Source: an uncultured Planctomycetia bacterium
GTDB lineage: Bacteria > Omnitrophota > Gorgyraeia > Gorgyraeales > Gorgyraeaceae
NCBI GenBank assembly: GCA_964415355.1
Contig: CAYPYS010000001.1
Span: forward strand, 215,399-279,398
DNA: 64,000 bases
Direction: 5' to 3'
In this document: piece by piece, positions 1 to 8,599 of the stretch
Layout of the letters: each line of letters begins with the position of its first letter
Numbering within the stretch: the first letter of the stretch is position 1
Translations under genes and position numbers: made by a program
Notes under the pieces: generated by a model
The model's database searches: none
What the model was told of the DNA's origin: nothing
The model's input: only the letters and a program-made list of their open reading frames with translations

Positions 1-819
1 TACTATCTCAAGCGCTGCATCAAGGTCAATGATGTTATTAAAAGAAAGTTCTTTGCCGTGCAATTGCCTTGCGTTGCTGATGCCGACCATATTCGCATTC
101 TTGTCCCTGTAAAAACTCGCCTTCTGGTGCGGATTCTCGCCGTAGCGCAAGCTCTGGACCTTGCCAAAGTTTAAACCTAATGTTTCCGGAAACTCCGCAT
201 CTTTAGCCTTTTGGCCTTTGCCGTTTGAATTTTGACTTTCTAGATACGCATGTATCGCAGCGTCATATTTTGAGGTCTTCTCAAAGACCTCAACGGCAAG
301 CTTAAAATGCAGTTTATTCGATATTGACCCATTATTTTTCTTAAGCTCTTCCAGTACCTCTTTGTAGCTATCAGGGTTACACACGATGACAATATCTTTG
401 AAATTCTTTGCTGCTGAACGCAACATGCTCGGCCCGCCTATATCTATATTTTCAATGGCCTCCTCGAATTTAACATCCTTTTTAGCCACTGTCTTCTCGA
501 AGGGATAAAGATTGACGACCACCATGTCAATCAGCTCAATGTCATGTTTATCAACCTGCTCCATATGACTCTTGTTTTCACGAAGAGACAAAAGAGCACC
601 GTGTATTTTTGGGTGCAATGTCTTGACCCTCCCATCCAGCATCTCTGGAAAACCAGTGTAGTCAGAGACAGACCTGACAGGTATGTTGAGACCTTTTATA
701 AGTTTTGCCGTTCCACCCGTCGACAATATCTCAACGCCAAGCTCGCTCAAACCTTTTGCGAATTCCTCCAGCCCACTCTTGTCTGATACGCTCACAAGCG
801 CCCTTCTTACCTTCCTCAT
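1..819 (-). CDS. purH: Bifunctional purine biosynthesis protein PurH (AICAR transformylase/IMP cyclohydrolase), N-terminal ~273 codons; 3' end outside window
   Basis: Minus-strand translation from ATG at 817-819 gives MRKVRRALVSVSDKSGLEEFAKGLSELGVEILSTGGTAKLIKGLNIPVRSVSDYTGFPEMLDGRVKTLHPKIHGALL..., the PurH MGS-like N-terminal domain. A GGGGGAG Shine-Dalgarno lies 5 nt upstream. The frame stays open to position 1. This ORF is not in the supplied track. Confidence 0.85.
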   Translation of the reverse strand, partial: MRKVRRALVSVSDKSGLEEFAKGLSELGVEILSTGGTAKLIKGLNIPVRSVSDYTGFPEMLDGRVKTLHPKIHGALLSLRENKSHMEQVDKHDIELIDMVVVNLYPFEKTVAKKDVKFEEAIENIDIGGPSMLRSAAKNFKDIVIVCNPDSYKEVLEELKKNNGSISNKLHFKLAVEVFEKTSKYDAAIHAYLESQNSNGKGQKAKDAEFPETLGLNFGKVQSLRYGENPHQKASFYRDKNANMVGISNARQLHGKELSFNNIIDLDAALEIV

Positions 820-836
820 TACTCCCCCCTTCTCTT

Positions 837-873
837 TAACTTTACATTTCAACAACGTTAAAGTGTAAAGTTA
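837..873. repeat. PIE copy 1 (37-bp imperfect palindrome TAACTTTACATTTCAACAACGTTAAAGTGTAAAGTTA)
   Basis: Read directly. It lies between the ychF-like stop (871-873, TAA = rc of the element's terminal TTA) and the purH start (819). The arms TAACTTTACA and TGTAAAGTTA are complementary. Confidence 0.9.
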
Positions 874-1872
874 GATGTTGAACCTGATGTTTATTATGTC
901 TCCGTCTTTTACTATATATTCCTTTCCTTCTACTTTCAGCAAGCCTGCTTCGCGGGCCTTGGGAACAGAGCCGCATTTAATAAAATCTTCGAAATTGAGC
1001 ACCTCTGCCCTTATAAAACCTCGCCTCATATCAGAGTGTACTTTACCTGCTGCCTCTATTGCCGATAATCCAGCTTTTAAATACCAGCCACGCGTTTCCT
1101 TTTCTCCGGTCGTGAAAAAGGTGACAAGATTTAATTTCTTTAAAATCAATTGCGAAAGCCGTTCTCTAAAATTATAGCCAGCGCCTAGTTCTTTTAAAAA
1201 TTTCTCTCTTTCTCCCGGAGCCAGCTCAAGAAGTTCTGATTCTGTCTTTCCAAAAAACCGAATAGACCTGATGTCTTTTAAGCTAGCGTGTTCCTCCAGC
1301 GCCTTTATTTTGGTTTCAGCCTCTTTATCCTCGTCTGAAACATTGATTGCCAAAATCAAGGGTTTTAAACTCAAAAATACCAGGCCGGAAAGCAGCTTTA
1401 TATCTTCGTTGCCTAGCCCGGCCTTTGATAAAAACTTTCCGTCCGAAGCGATCGCCTGACATTTCTCCAATATCTCTAGTTCACGTTCTGAGTCAGATTT
1501 CTTCCCCTCTTTTTCTATCCTCTTGATCCTATTTTGTATAAGGTCAAGGTCTGATATTATGATATCCGTAAGGCAATTTTCGAATTCCTTTTTAGGGTCC
1601 TGGCTAAAAAAAGCGCCTATAACACATATAAAAAGATCCACATCGTGCAGGTCAGACAGATCCTTTTTGCTAAAAGTCGAAGTGGATCCAATATCCACAA
1701 AGGTAAATTCAGGATATGTTGCTTTTTTCGACGAAAAAACTTCACGAATCTTATCTATGCGCGGATCCAATGCCCTAAAAACGCCGATGTTACCCGAGGC
1801 GTCTTTATTTAATAAGATTTTAAATAAAGTAGTCTTTCCGCTCTGAGGAGAGCCGATTATTCCTATCTTCAT
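871..1872 (-). CDS. YchF/Obg-family GTP-binding protein (divergent P-loop GSPQSGKTT; TGS-like C-terminus)
   Basis: 333 aa. MKIGIIGSPQSGKTTLF Walker A motif. C-terminal ...TRGWYLKAGLSAIEAAGKVHSDMRRGFIRAEV... resembles the YchF TGS domain. Its ATG at 1870-1872 nearly overlaps the upstream pseudopilin stop TAG (1874-1876), which suggests translational coupling. Confidence 0.7.
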   Translation of the reverse strand: MKIGIIGSPQSGKTTLFKILLNKDASGNIGVFRALDPRIDKIREVFSSKKATYPEFTFVDIGSTSTFSKKDLSDLHDVDLFICVIGAFFSQDPKKEFENCLTDIIISDLDLIQNRIKRIEKEGKKSDSERELEILEKCQAIASDGKFLSKAGLGNEDIKLLSGLVFLSLKPLILAINVSDEDKEAETKIKALEEHASLKDIRSIRFFGKTESELLELAPGEREKFLKELGAGYNFRERLSQLILKKLNLVTFFTTGEKETRGWYLKAGLSAIEAAGKVHSDMRRGFIRAEVLNFEDFIKCGSVPKAREAGLLKVEGKEYIVKDGDIINIRFNI

Positions 1873-1873
1873 T

Positions 1874-2491
1874 CTACGCAGTCTTAAGGTGGGTTACAAC
1901 CTCAAACATCTCGCTTTCTTTGCCTGCTTTATCTTCTATTTTTATCTTTATTCTGACAGCCTTTGGCAAAATACTTTCGTCTATTCCTTGCTCTTCTTCG
2001 ATCTCCTCTTCTGCATCTTCTTCGATTTCAATCATATTCCACGCCTCGCTCCACGTTGAGCCATTATAATATGAAAATTCCAATAGAGCTATATTTTCCG
2101 CTAAGATGTCACTATTGTCCTGCGTTGAAAAGTCAAAGTCAGGATCGATGTCCTCGTTGCGCATTATAAATCTTCCCTCTTTATCTAGCCAATATTCTAT
2201 CTCGACAAGCTCAAACACCCCTCCGGCGGTCGAGACAAAAGAAACAAAACCCACCTCTTCTTTATTTCCGATAAATTTACTAAGTTTATTTTCACTCACA
2301 ACTGCCTGAGAGATCTCCGCGCTCATCTTGCCAACAGCAACCCTCGCATTATGATAACGCTCGCTTCGCTTTTCGCCTTTTTGCCACGATTTGGAAGAAC
2401 TTCTGAAAATCACAAAGGTAGAAGTAACGATAACAGCAAGGATAGCCATCGCGATCAAGATCTCAACAAGTGTAAAGCCTTTTTCTCTCAT
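1874..2491 (-). CDS. Type II secretion / type IV pilus pseudopilin with prepilin-type N-terminal methylation motif (GspJ/K-like minor pseudopilin)
   Basis: The real start is probably ATG at 2489-2491 (MREKGFTLVEILIAMAILAVIV). The track start at 2521 (MLKCKVKVWS) lies inside a PIE copy. The class III signal shape is KG^FTLVE followed by a hydrophobic helix. A GGAG Shine-Dalgarno sits between the PIE and the ATG. Confidence 0.7.
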   Translation of the reverse strand: MREKGFTLVEILIAMAILAVIVTSTFVIFRSSSKSWQKGEKRSERYHNARVAVGKMSAEISQAVVSENKLSKFIGNKEEVGFVSFVSTAGGVFELVEIEYWLDKEGRFIMRNEDIDPDFDFSTQDNSDILAENIALLEFSYYNGSTWSEAWNMIEIEEDAEEEIEEEQGIDESILPKAVRIKIKIEDKAGKESEMFEVVTHLKTA

Positions 2492-2502
2492 ACTCCAAAC
2501 CT

Positions 2503-2539
2503 TAACTTTACATTTTAACATTGTTGAAATGTAAACTTA
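2503..2539. repeat. PIE copy 2 (TAACTTTACATTTTAACATTGTTGAAATGTAAACTTA)
   Basis: Read directly. The stop of pseudopilin 2537..2917 (TAA, rc of TTA 2537-2539) lies in its right end. The next gene's start (2491) is 12 nt beyond its left end. Confidence 0.9.
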
Positions 2540-2917
2540 GCGAATGACATGCGTCACAAAATCCTTTGACCTTGTCCTGTTACGCTCGACCCAAGACACC
2601 GTCGCCGTGATCTTTCTGATATCGTCTGTAGATTCTACGCCTTCCAGCTCAGCTTCGTCAATAAATATCTCCCACTCAAAATCTCCCTCTGTCCCTGAAA
2701 GCTCTATCTTGGGTGGAAGCTCTGTTATTACATCAAATCCTGCCATCTTCACTTCTTCTAATTTATTCTGCCCCAAAAATGCAGCTTTTGTCATCATGCC
2801 TGCGCGGTATGAAGCACGGAGACCAACAGGAAATATCTGCAGAACGCCCACGAGCCCAATAGCCAGCACCCCTATAGCTATAATCAGTTCTAAAAGCGAA
2901 AATCCTCTTTTATGCAT
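2537..2917 (-). CDS. Pseudopilin (GspG/H-like) with prepilin-type N-terminal cleavage/methylation motif
   Basis: 126 aa. MHKRGFSLLELIIAIGVLAIGLVGVLQIF is a canonical G^FSLLE prepilin signal followed by a hydrophobic helix. Confidence 0.75.
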   Translation of the reverse strand: MHKRGFSLLELIIAIGVLAIGLVGVLQIFPVGLRASYRAGMMTKAAFLGQNKLEEVKMAGFDVITELPPKIELSGTEGDFEWEIFIDEAELEGVESTDDIRKITATVSWVERNRTRSKDFVTHVIR

Positions 2918-2928
2918 ATGTTTTTACT

Positions 2929-2980
2929 ACTTATACACACTGTAGGGGAGCCTTAAGGCTCCCCTACAGTGTGTATAAGT
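2929..2980. repeat. 52-bp perfect palindrome ACTTATACACACTGTAGGGGAGCC-TTAA-GGCTCCCCTACAGTGTGTATAAGT (family D)
   Basis: Read directly. It lies between the pseudopilin start (2917) and the gspF stop (2987-2989). It shares the core GTAGGGGAGnCTTAAGnCTCCCCTAC with 28213-28264. Confidence 0.85.
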
Positions 2981-2986
2981 ATCAAG

Positions 2987-4063
2987 TCAACCGATGAGCT
3001 TAGCCAGCGAGAACAACGGCATGAACATCGATATGACAATAAAACCTACCACAAGGCCCATAAACACTATAAGTATTGGTTCCAATAGGGCGGTGAGCCC
3101 GGTTATCGCAACGTCCACTTCTTCCTCAAAATTATCAGCGATCTGAACAAGCATCTTATCCAGCTGTCCAGTCTCTTCGCCTATATTTATCATCTTTGTG
3201 ACAAGCTGAGGAAAGGCCTTGCTAGCCTCCATCGGCCCTGACACGCTCTCCCCCTCTTTTATGCTGTCACGCAACTGCATCACTGCGCGCCCCATAAATT
3301 CATTACCCACGATATCGCGTACAGTCTGCAGCGCGTTTAATATCGGCACGCCGCTCGAAAGCAATGTCCCGAGCGTCCTCGAAAACCTGGCGACTGCAAC
3401 CTGATGTATAAGATTTCCTATTACAGGAAGCTTTAGTTTAAATTTGTCAACAACTGCTTTCCTGTCGGGACTTCTCAGTAAAAGTTTATACAGCAAAATG
3501 AATGCAACCGGGACAAGCGGAAGCAGATACCAGAATTTCCTGATAATATTGCTTGTAGTTATAAGTATCTTTGTCGGGAGCGGCAACGCGCCACCCAACT
3601 CTGAAAACATATTGGTGAACGTCGGGATCACAAACACCATGAGCATTATAAGTATAAGGACAGCTACCGTGAGCACAAAGGCGGGATACATAAGAGCTGA
3701 CTTTATCTTGTCCTTTAGCTTCTGATTCTTATCCAGAAATTCAGAGAGCCTCCTGAGGATGCCCTCTAACATGCCGCCGACCTCTCCTGCTTTTATCATA
3801 TTTACATAAAATTCTGGAAATACACCTGGAAAATGAGAAAGCGCCTCTGAAAAATTTGTTCCGCTTTCTACTTCTCCGGCTAAATCACTGATTATATCCT
3901 TCAAGGTGCCGGTTTCCAATTGATCATGAAGTGTCCTAAGCGCTTTTACGAGAGGCAGGCCTGCTGCTATGAGAGTGGAAAGCTGTTTCGTGAATACAAC
4001 GAGAGATTTTGTGCTGACGCGTTTCTTAGGATTTAAGAATGAGAGGTATTTGGTGAGATCCAT
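2987..4063 (-). CDS. gspF: Type II secretion system / type IV pilus platform protein GspF/PilC family
   Basis: 358 aa polytopic protein. ...LVVFTKQLSTLIAAGLPLVKALRTL..., ...FSRTLGTLLSSGVPILNALQTV... and the C-terminal ...GLTALLEPILIVFMGLVVG... are the typical duplicated GspF domains. Confidence 0.8.
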   Translation of the reverse strand: MDLTKYLSFLNPKKRVSTKSLVVFTKQLSTLIAAGLPLVKALRTLHDQLETGTLKDIISDLAGEVESGTNFSEALSHFPGVFPEFYVNMIKAGEVGGMLEGILRRLSEFLDKNQKLKDKIKSALMYPAFVLTVAVLILIMLMVFVIPTFTNMFSELGGALPLPTKILITTSNIIRKFWYLLPLVPVAFILLYKLLLRSPDRKAVVDKFKLKLPVIGNLIHQVAVARFSRTLGTLLSSGVPILNALQTVRDIVGNEFMGRAVMQLRDSIKEGESVSGPMEASKAFPQLVTKMINIGEETGQLDKMLVQIADNFEEEVDVAITGLTALLEPILIVFMGLVVGFIVISMFMPLFSLAKLIG

Positions 4064-4071
4064 TACCTGTG

Positions 4072-5223
4072 CTACCGAGCTATTAAATCGTCAACTTCTA
4101 TTTTATAGCCATCCTTCATATGTTTTATATCGCAGGCAGAGATCCTATCTCGGACCTGAATCACTTCTATAGAGCCAACCGCAAGACCACCTTTATGGAC
4201 ATCGAAGTATGTGCCTACGTCAATGCCATCCCGCCTGCCCAGGTCTATAACAACAAAATCATGCTCCCTGTTTATCGTAATTATCCTCCCCTTTAAATAA
4301 GAGGAAGAATTGGTTATCTTCTCGAGAGGCGACGTGCGCGTTCTGGTCGTAGGCCGCGAAGAATATTTCCCTTCTACAAAAATAGGCGGCAGCTCGACTT
4401 CAGCAGGCGCCTGATAAGTCTCAGCCCGGATATCGTCTACGCCCATTTTAGTTTTATGACTAGCGAAAGCTACCTTAAGCCTCTCTATCTGATCCTCTTT
4501 TTCTGCGAGGAGTTTATCAAATTTGCCAATTGCTCCTTCGAATTCTTCCAGCTTTGCTCTTAAAAGGCGATTCTCAGCCTTCACTTCCTCAAACTCCTGT
4601 ATTCCTTCTTCGCCCCTGCTTTTCTCTTCTAATAAATCCATGCTCAATGCCTCTGCGACCTGACCCGAGTCAGCAATCTTCTGTTCTAATATAAAATTTT
4701 CTTTTTCAAGCTTTGAAAGTTTTATGCTAAAATCCATATTTTCTGCCTTTAGCTTCTCCATCTCGGAATTCTTTGGCTCGAGTAAACCCATCAGCCTTTT
4801 CAGTTCCACTTCCAGCGAAACCTTCTCTTTCAAAAGCTTAGCGACAAATCTATCCGATTCCATTTCCTTTAGCCTCTTCTCAACAAAAAACTTACCCTTC
4901 TTGACCCTCACGAGTTCCTTGTCCAGATCATCCTTTTCCTTCAGAAGCTCCTTGTATTCTGACTTAAGATCCTCGTTTCGAGACTCTAAAATACCGAGTT
5001 CCTTCTTTACTGCATCAAGTTTTGCCTCTAATTCAGCATTCTTTCTCCTGGAAACAGTAATCTCCCGATTCTGCCTCTCTAGAGTAGTCTTGAAAAGAGT
5101 CTCTAAATCCACAAAATCACCGTAAAGCTTTTCTTTGGACACGAAAAACCATCCGGCGCTGAAACTACTTAGTATAACAAGCGCCACTAATATCCAAAGT
5201 ATCGAACGCAAAGTTCTATCCAT
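4072..5223 (-). CDS. Membrane-anchored long coiled-coil protein with a C-terminal beta-rich domain (MreC-like/pilus-assembly-like); function unknown
   Basis: 383 aa. The N-terminal TM is ILWILVALVILSSFSAGWFFV. About 250 aa of E/K/L-rich heptad sequence follow. The C-terminus ...FVVIDLGRRDGIDVGTYFDVHKGGLAVGSIEVIQVRDRISACDI... ends the protein. The stop is 8 nt before the gspF start, which suggests the same operon. Confidence 0.45.
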   Translation of the reverse strand: MDRTLRSILWILVALVILSSFSAGWFFVSKEKLYGDFVDLETLFKTTLERQNREITVSRRKNAELEAKLDAVKKELGILESRNEDLKSEYKELLKEKDDLDKELVRVKKGKFFVEKRLKEMESDRFVAKLLKEKVSLEVELKRLMGLLEPKNSEMEKLKAENMDFSIKLSKLEKENFILEQKIADSGQVAEALSMDLLEEKSRGEEGIQEFEEVKAENRLLRAKLEEFEGAIGKFDKLLAEKEDQIERLKVAFASHKTKMGVDDIRAETYQAPAEVELPPIFVEGKYSSRPTTRTRTSPLEKITNSSSYLKGRIITINREHDFVVIDLGRRDGIDVGTYFDVHKGGLAVGSIEVIQVRDRISACDIKHMKDGYKIEVDDLIAR

Positions 5224-5248
5224 ACAGCCCTTTCGGTATAATAAGCAC

Positions 5249-5285
5249 TAACTTTACATTTTAACATTGTTGAAATGTAAAGTTA
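5249..5285. repeat. PIE copy 3 (TAACTTTACATTTTAACATTGTTGAAATGTAAAGTTA)
   Basis: Read directly. The RND gene stop (5283-5285) lies in its right end. The coiled-coil gene start (5223) is 25 nt beyond its left end. Confidence 0.9.
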
Positions 5286-8200
5286 GGCGGGATGGTTCCG
5301 GGATTTCACTTTTATTATACCATAAATCCTGTTTTGAACAAATAATATTAATTGCATTGGATTAAAGCTTCTTCTGAGATCATCGAAGATCAAATAAAGG
5401 CTGGGAATTAAAAATAATGTGAGGACGGTGGAAGAGATAAGCCCCCCTATGACAGTTATCGCCAAAGGAGACCATAGATTAGCTGACTCGCTCCTGTCAA
5501 ATGCCATTGGCAAAAGCCCCAGGATAGTCGTAGAGGTAGTCATTACTATAGGCCTGAAGCGGTCTTCTCCTGCCTCCAGCACTGACTTTAAAATAGTCCC
5601 TCGTTTCCTTTTTTCTCTCGTCTTAAGCCTTTCCATTCTAGGAAGATGGAAAAGCGGGCCCCTTTTCTTTCTCCCTCTTAAAAAATTAATCCTGTCCACC
5701 AGGACAATGGAATTATTCACGACGATACCGGCCAGCATAATCGCACCTATTATAACTCCGCGGCTGATGGGTTTTTTCGTGATCTCAAGCGCCAAAACCA
5801 CCCCGATCACTGCCAGCGGAACCGCGATCATTATAACAAAAGGCTGCACATATGACTCGAAGAGGGACGCCAGCACAAGGTATACCAAAAATATCGTTAT
5901 CCATAAAACACCTGTGGGAAAGGCCCATAATTCCTTCTCGCTCTCCTTCAATCTTTCATAATCTCCGCCTATCCTATAATAATAATCCCTTGGGAATGTC
6001 ATGTCGGATAGATTCGACTTTATCCTCTTCTCCGCATCCACAAGCGTGCCCTTTGTAACAAGAGCCGTAATGTGCACGACCCTCATCTTATTTTTTCTTA
6101 CTATCTCACTCGAGCCTATCTGAGGATTAAACTCTGCCACCTGCTCAAGTATCAGAGGATCTCTGTCTTTCGAAAAAAGTATTAATTTTCTTAGATCATC
6201 GAGGCGCTCCCTGTCTTCTTTTCTTAGACGCGAAATAGTCTCTATCTCTCTCGCTTCCGTATGATATAATGTCGCTCTCAAGCCCCTTATCTCAGTATGA
6301 AGCGTCGTCGCTATGTCTCTGGTCGTCAAACCGAGCATGGCTGCCCTTTCTTTGTCGACTACGACGCCCCATTCCGGCCTGCCGCTGATCCTGGACATCC
6401 TGATATCTTCAAAGCCCTGCATTGCGCCTAGCCGCGTCGCAATCGAGACTGAAAGCTCCCTCAATACGTCATAATCATACCCATAAAGATCTACTACCAT
6501 CTCTTTCAAACCCTTTTCCTCTATTTCAGAAAAATAGATAAAACCCCCTCTGTATTTTTCTTCGACTGAGTGGGCGACATTCCGGATATCCTCTATGATG
6601 ACCTTTGTAGAACGCTGCCTCTGCATAAGAGGCAGAAGTTTTATATATATCTTCCCTGACCACGGCTCCACGCGTGAGGTAAAAGTCTTTATTTCCGGGA
6701 GCTCATCCAGCAACACCTCTATCTCCTTCACCATCTGGTCAGTCACATCGAGCTTTGCGCCAGGCTCCAGCTCGACAAAAATAGTAAATCTTCCCTCCTC
6801 TGTACCTATCATAAATTCCCTGTCCAAGAAAAATCCGCGTAACAAGACCAGCGCGAACAAGAAGAATGCTATCCCTGTAGCTATATATCTAAACCTCAGC
6901 CCGTAACCAAGAAATCTCCGATAATAAATCTTCAATCTCGTGAGCGTGTATTTTTTAAACATTAGTTTTTCGGATTCTTTCAGTCGAGGCATTATCTTCA
7001 TGCGGTCCGACAGCATGGGCACGAGCGTCAATGCTACGAACAGCGAGCTTAGGAGCGAATATGTCACTGTCAATGACAGCCCGCTCCACAGCATTCGCGT
7101 GGCCTTGTTTACAAAGACAAAGGGCAGGAATACGATTATAGTTGTAACAGTAGATGCGAATATCGCGAGGCCCACCTCGGATGTCCCGCCAACAACTGCG
7201 CTGGTGTATTTAGCCTTCCAGTCTTTTTTAGAATAATCGATAGCGCTTTTTTTCTTTTGAATATTATCGAGCACGACTATAGAATTGTCGACTAGCATGC
7301 CTATACCGAGCGCAAGGCCGCTGAGTGTCATAACGTTTATAGTTATCTTGTAAAAATACATCAGCGCAAACGTGAGCATGACTGATATGGGTATAGAAAC
7401 GGCTATGATCGAAGTCACATAGGGATCTCTCAAGAAGAGAAACAGTATCACAATGGCCAGGATCGCGCCGTACAGAAGAGACGTCCTAACAGCGACTATC
7501 GCCTCTTTTATCGCCTCAGATTTATTCAAAGTCGACTTTATAAATATATCCTTGTCCAGCGTCCTTTTTAAGCGGTTAAGCTCTTTCTGTATGCTCGATA
7601 TGACCTGGATTGTATTAGCGGTCGACTCTTTTTGAATATATATAGAGACGACGGGCTCTATGTCTGTCCTCGCGTAACTCGTGGGTTCCAAAAAAGAATC
7701 CCTCACCTTTGCGATTTCTTTAAGCCTGACTATGGAGCCATGAGCAGTGGTGGCGATGCCCAGATTTTTTATATCCTCGACAGACTGGAATTCTCCTATT
7801 ATCCTTACCAGAAATTTATTCTTGCCGTGCTTAATATCTCCTGCGAGCAAATTCAGATTGTTTACGCCAAGAAGATTGACAACCTGCTCAATAGGGACAT
7901 TGTACTGATGCAGTTTGTTCTTATCTATCTCGACGAGAATCTTTCGCTCCCTGCCCCCGTATATATCCACATTCGCAACGCCTTCCACGCGCAGCACTCG
8001 TTCTTTCACCTGTTCGTCTACGACTTTTCGCAACATCTCCGGCGAATAATTCTTTCCGGTGACTGCCAGGACCAGAATAGGCATGTCGGATTCTTTATAC
8101 TGTGCTATTATCGGTTTCTCTATCTCCTGCGGGAGTTTTTCTCTTATCTTTGAAAATTTTTCTCTAACTTCGAGCGCGGCAAAATCCATATTAGTGCCTG

Positions 8201-8492
8201 GCTCAAATTCAAGCCAGATCCTGGACTCTCCTGATTTTGAAGTGGAATAGATATTTTCCAGATGACTTACAGAGCTGACCGCCTCCTCAATGGGCTTAGT
8301 TACCATGACCTCTACTTCCTGCGGAGGCATGCCGCCTCTTATCCCGACGATAATACTTATGTCGCCGTAGGCTATGTTCGGCTTTAGATCAACTGGAAGG
8401 TTTAATAGAGACACGAATCCCACCAGCAATATGCCAATAAAAAGCATAGCTATGGTAACCGGCCTCCTGACTGAAAAACCTGATAGGCTCAT
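5283..8492 (-). CDS. Efflux RND transporter permease subunit (AcrB/MdtC/CzcA superfamily), second of a tandem pair
   Basis: 1069 aa. It starts MSLSGFSVRRPVTIAMLFIGILLVGFVSLLNLPVDLKPNI. It shows the 12-TM RND architecture with two large periplasmic loops, and internal motifs such as ...VLDNIVVVENI-like VVLDNIQKKK and AVPLAVIGVVLALEITKKPIS. Confidence 0.85.
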   Translation of the reverse strand: MSLSGFSVRRPVTIAMLFIGILLVGFVSLLNLPVDLKPNIAYGDISIIVGIRGGMPPQEVEVMVTKPIEEAVSSVSHLENIYSTSKSGESRIWLEFEPGTNMDFAALEVREKFSKIREKLPQEIEKPIIAQYKESDMPILVLAVTGKNYSPEMLRKVVDEQVKERVLRVEGVANVDIYGGRERKILVEIDKNKLHQYNVPIEQVVNLLGVNNLNLLAGDIKHGKNKFLVRIIGEFQSVEDIKNLGIATTAHGSIVRLKEIAKVRDSFLEPTSYARTDIEPVVSIYIQKESTANTIQVISSIQKELNRLKRTLDKDIFIKSTLNKSEAIKEAIVAVRTSLLYGAILAIVILFLFLRDPYVTSIIAVSIPISVMLTFALMYFYKITINVMTLSGLALGIGMLVDNSIVVLDNIQKKKSAIDYSKKDWKAKYTSAVVGGTSEVGLAIFASTVTTIIVFLPFVFVNKATRMLWSGLSLTVTYSLLSSLFVALTLVPMLSDRMKIMPRLKESEKLMFKKYTLTRLKIYYRRFLGYGLRFRYIATGIAFFLFALVLLRGFFLDREFMIGTEEGRFTIFVELEPGAKLDVTDQMVKEIEVLLDELPEIKTFTSRVEPWSGKIYIKLLPLMQRQRSTKVIIEDIRNVAHSVEEKYRGGFIYFSEIEEKGLKEMVVDLYGYDYDVLRELSVSIATRLGAMQGFEDIRMSRISGRPEWGVVVDKERAAMLGLTTRDIATTLHTEIRGLRATLYHTEAREIETISRLRKEDRERLDDLRKLILFSKDRDPLILEQVAEFNPQIGSSEIVRKNKMRVVHITALVTKGTLVDAEKRIKSNLSDMTFPRDYYYRIGGDYERLKESEKELWAFPTGVLWITIFLVYLVLASLFESYVQPFVIMIAVPLAVIGVVLALEITKKPISRGVIIGAIMLAGIVVNNSIVLVDRINFLRGRKKRGPLFHLPRMERLKTREKRKRGTILKSVLEAGEDRFRPIVMTTSTTILGLLPMAFDRSESANLWSPLAITVIGGLISSTVLTLFLIPSLYLIFDDLRRSFNPMQLILFVQNRIYGIIKVKSRNHPA

Positions 8493-8504
8493 AGTAACTC
8501 TTTG

Positions 8505-8550
8505 TCATTCCCGCGAAGCTTGTCCCCGTGAAAACGGGGAGCGGGAATCC
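8505..8550. repeat. Nested hairpin GTCATTCCCGCGAAGCTTG-TCCCCGTGAAAACGGGGA-GCGGGAATCC (family B) in the 5' leader of RND gene 5283..8492
   Basis: Read directly. The outer stem is ATTCCCGC/GCGGGAAT. The inner stem is TCCCCG/CGGGGA with a TGAAAA loop. Confidence 0.8.
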
Positions 8551-8560
8551 ATATCTCGCG

Positions 8561-8597
8561 TAAGTATACATTTTAACGTTGTTGAAATGTATACTTA
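8561..8597. repeat. PIE copy 4a, GTATAC-stem variant (TAAGTATACATTTTAACGTTGTTGAAATGTATACTTA), first of a tandem pair
   Basis: Read directly. Both arms carry GTATAC in place of CTTTAC/GTAAAG, a compensatory double change. Confidence 0.9.
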
Positions 8598-8599
8598 CG

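Noticed and set aside
2491-2521. Track N-termini beginning MLKCKV/MLKCKL (1874..2521, 17203..20001, 22171..24504, and + strand 26363..26626)
   Set aside because: These residues are the translation of the PIE itself. Some use TTG/GTG starts. Downstream in-frame ATGs with Shine-Dalgarno and signal-peptide or prepilin motifs are the credible starts.
4072-5223. Assigning the coiled-coil protein as GspL/GspM or MreC
   Set aside because: Only a generic TM + coiled coil + beta-domain layout is visible. There are no diagnostic motifs, so it is left as hypothetical.
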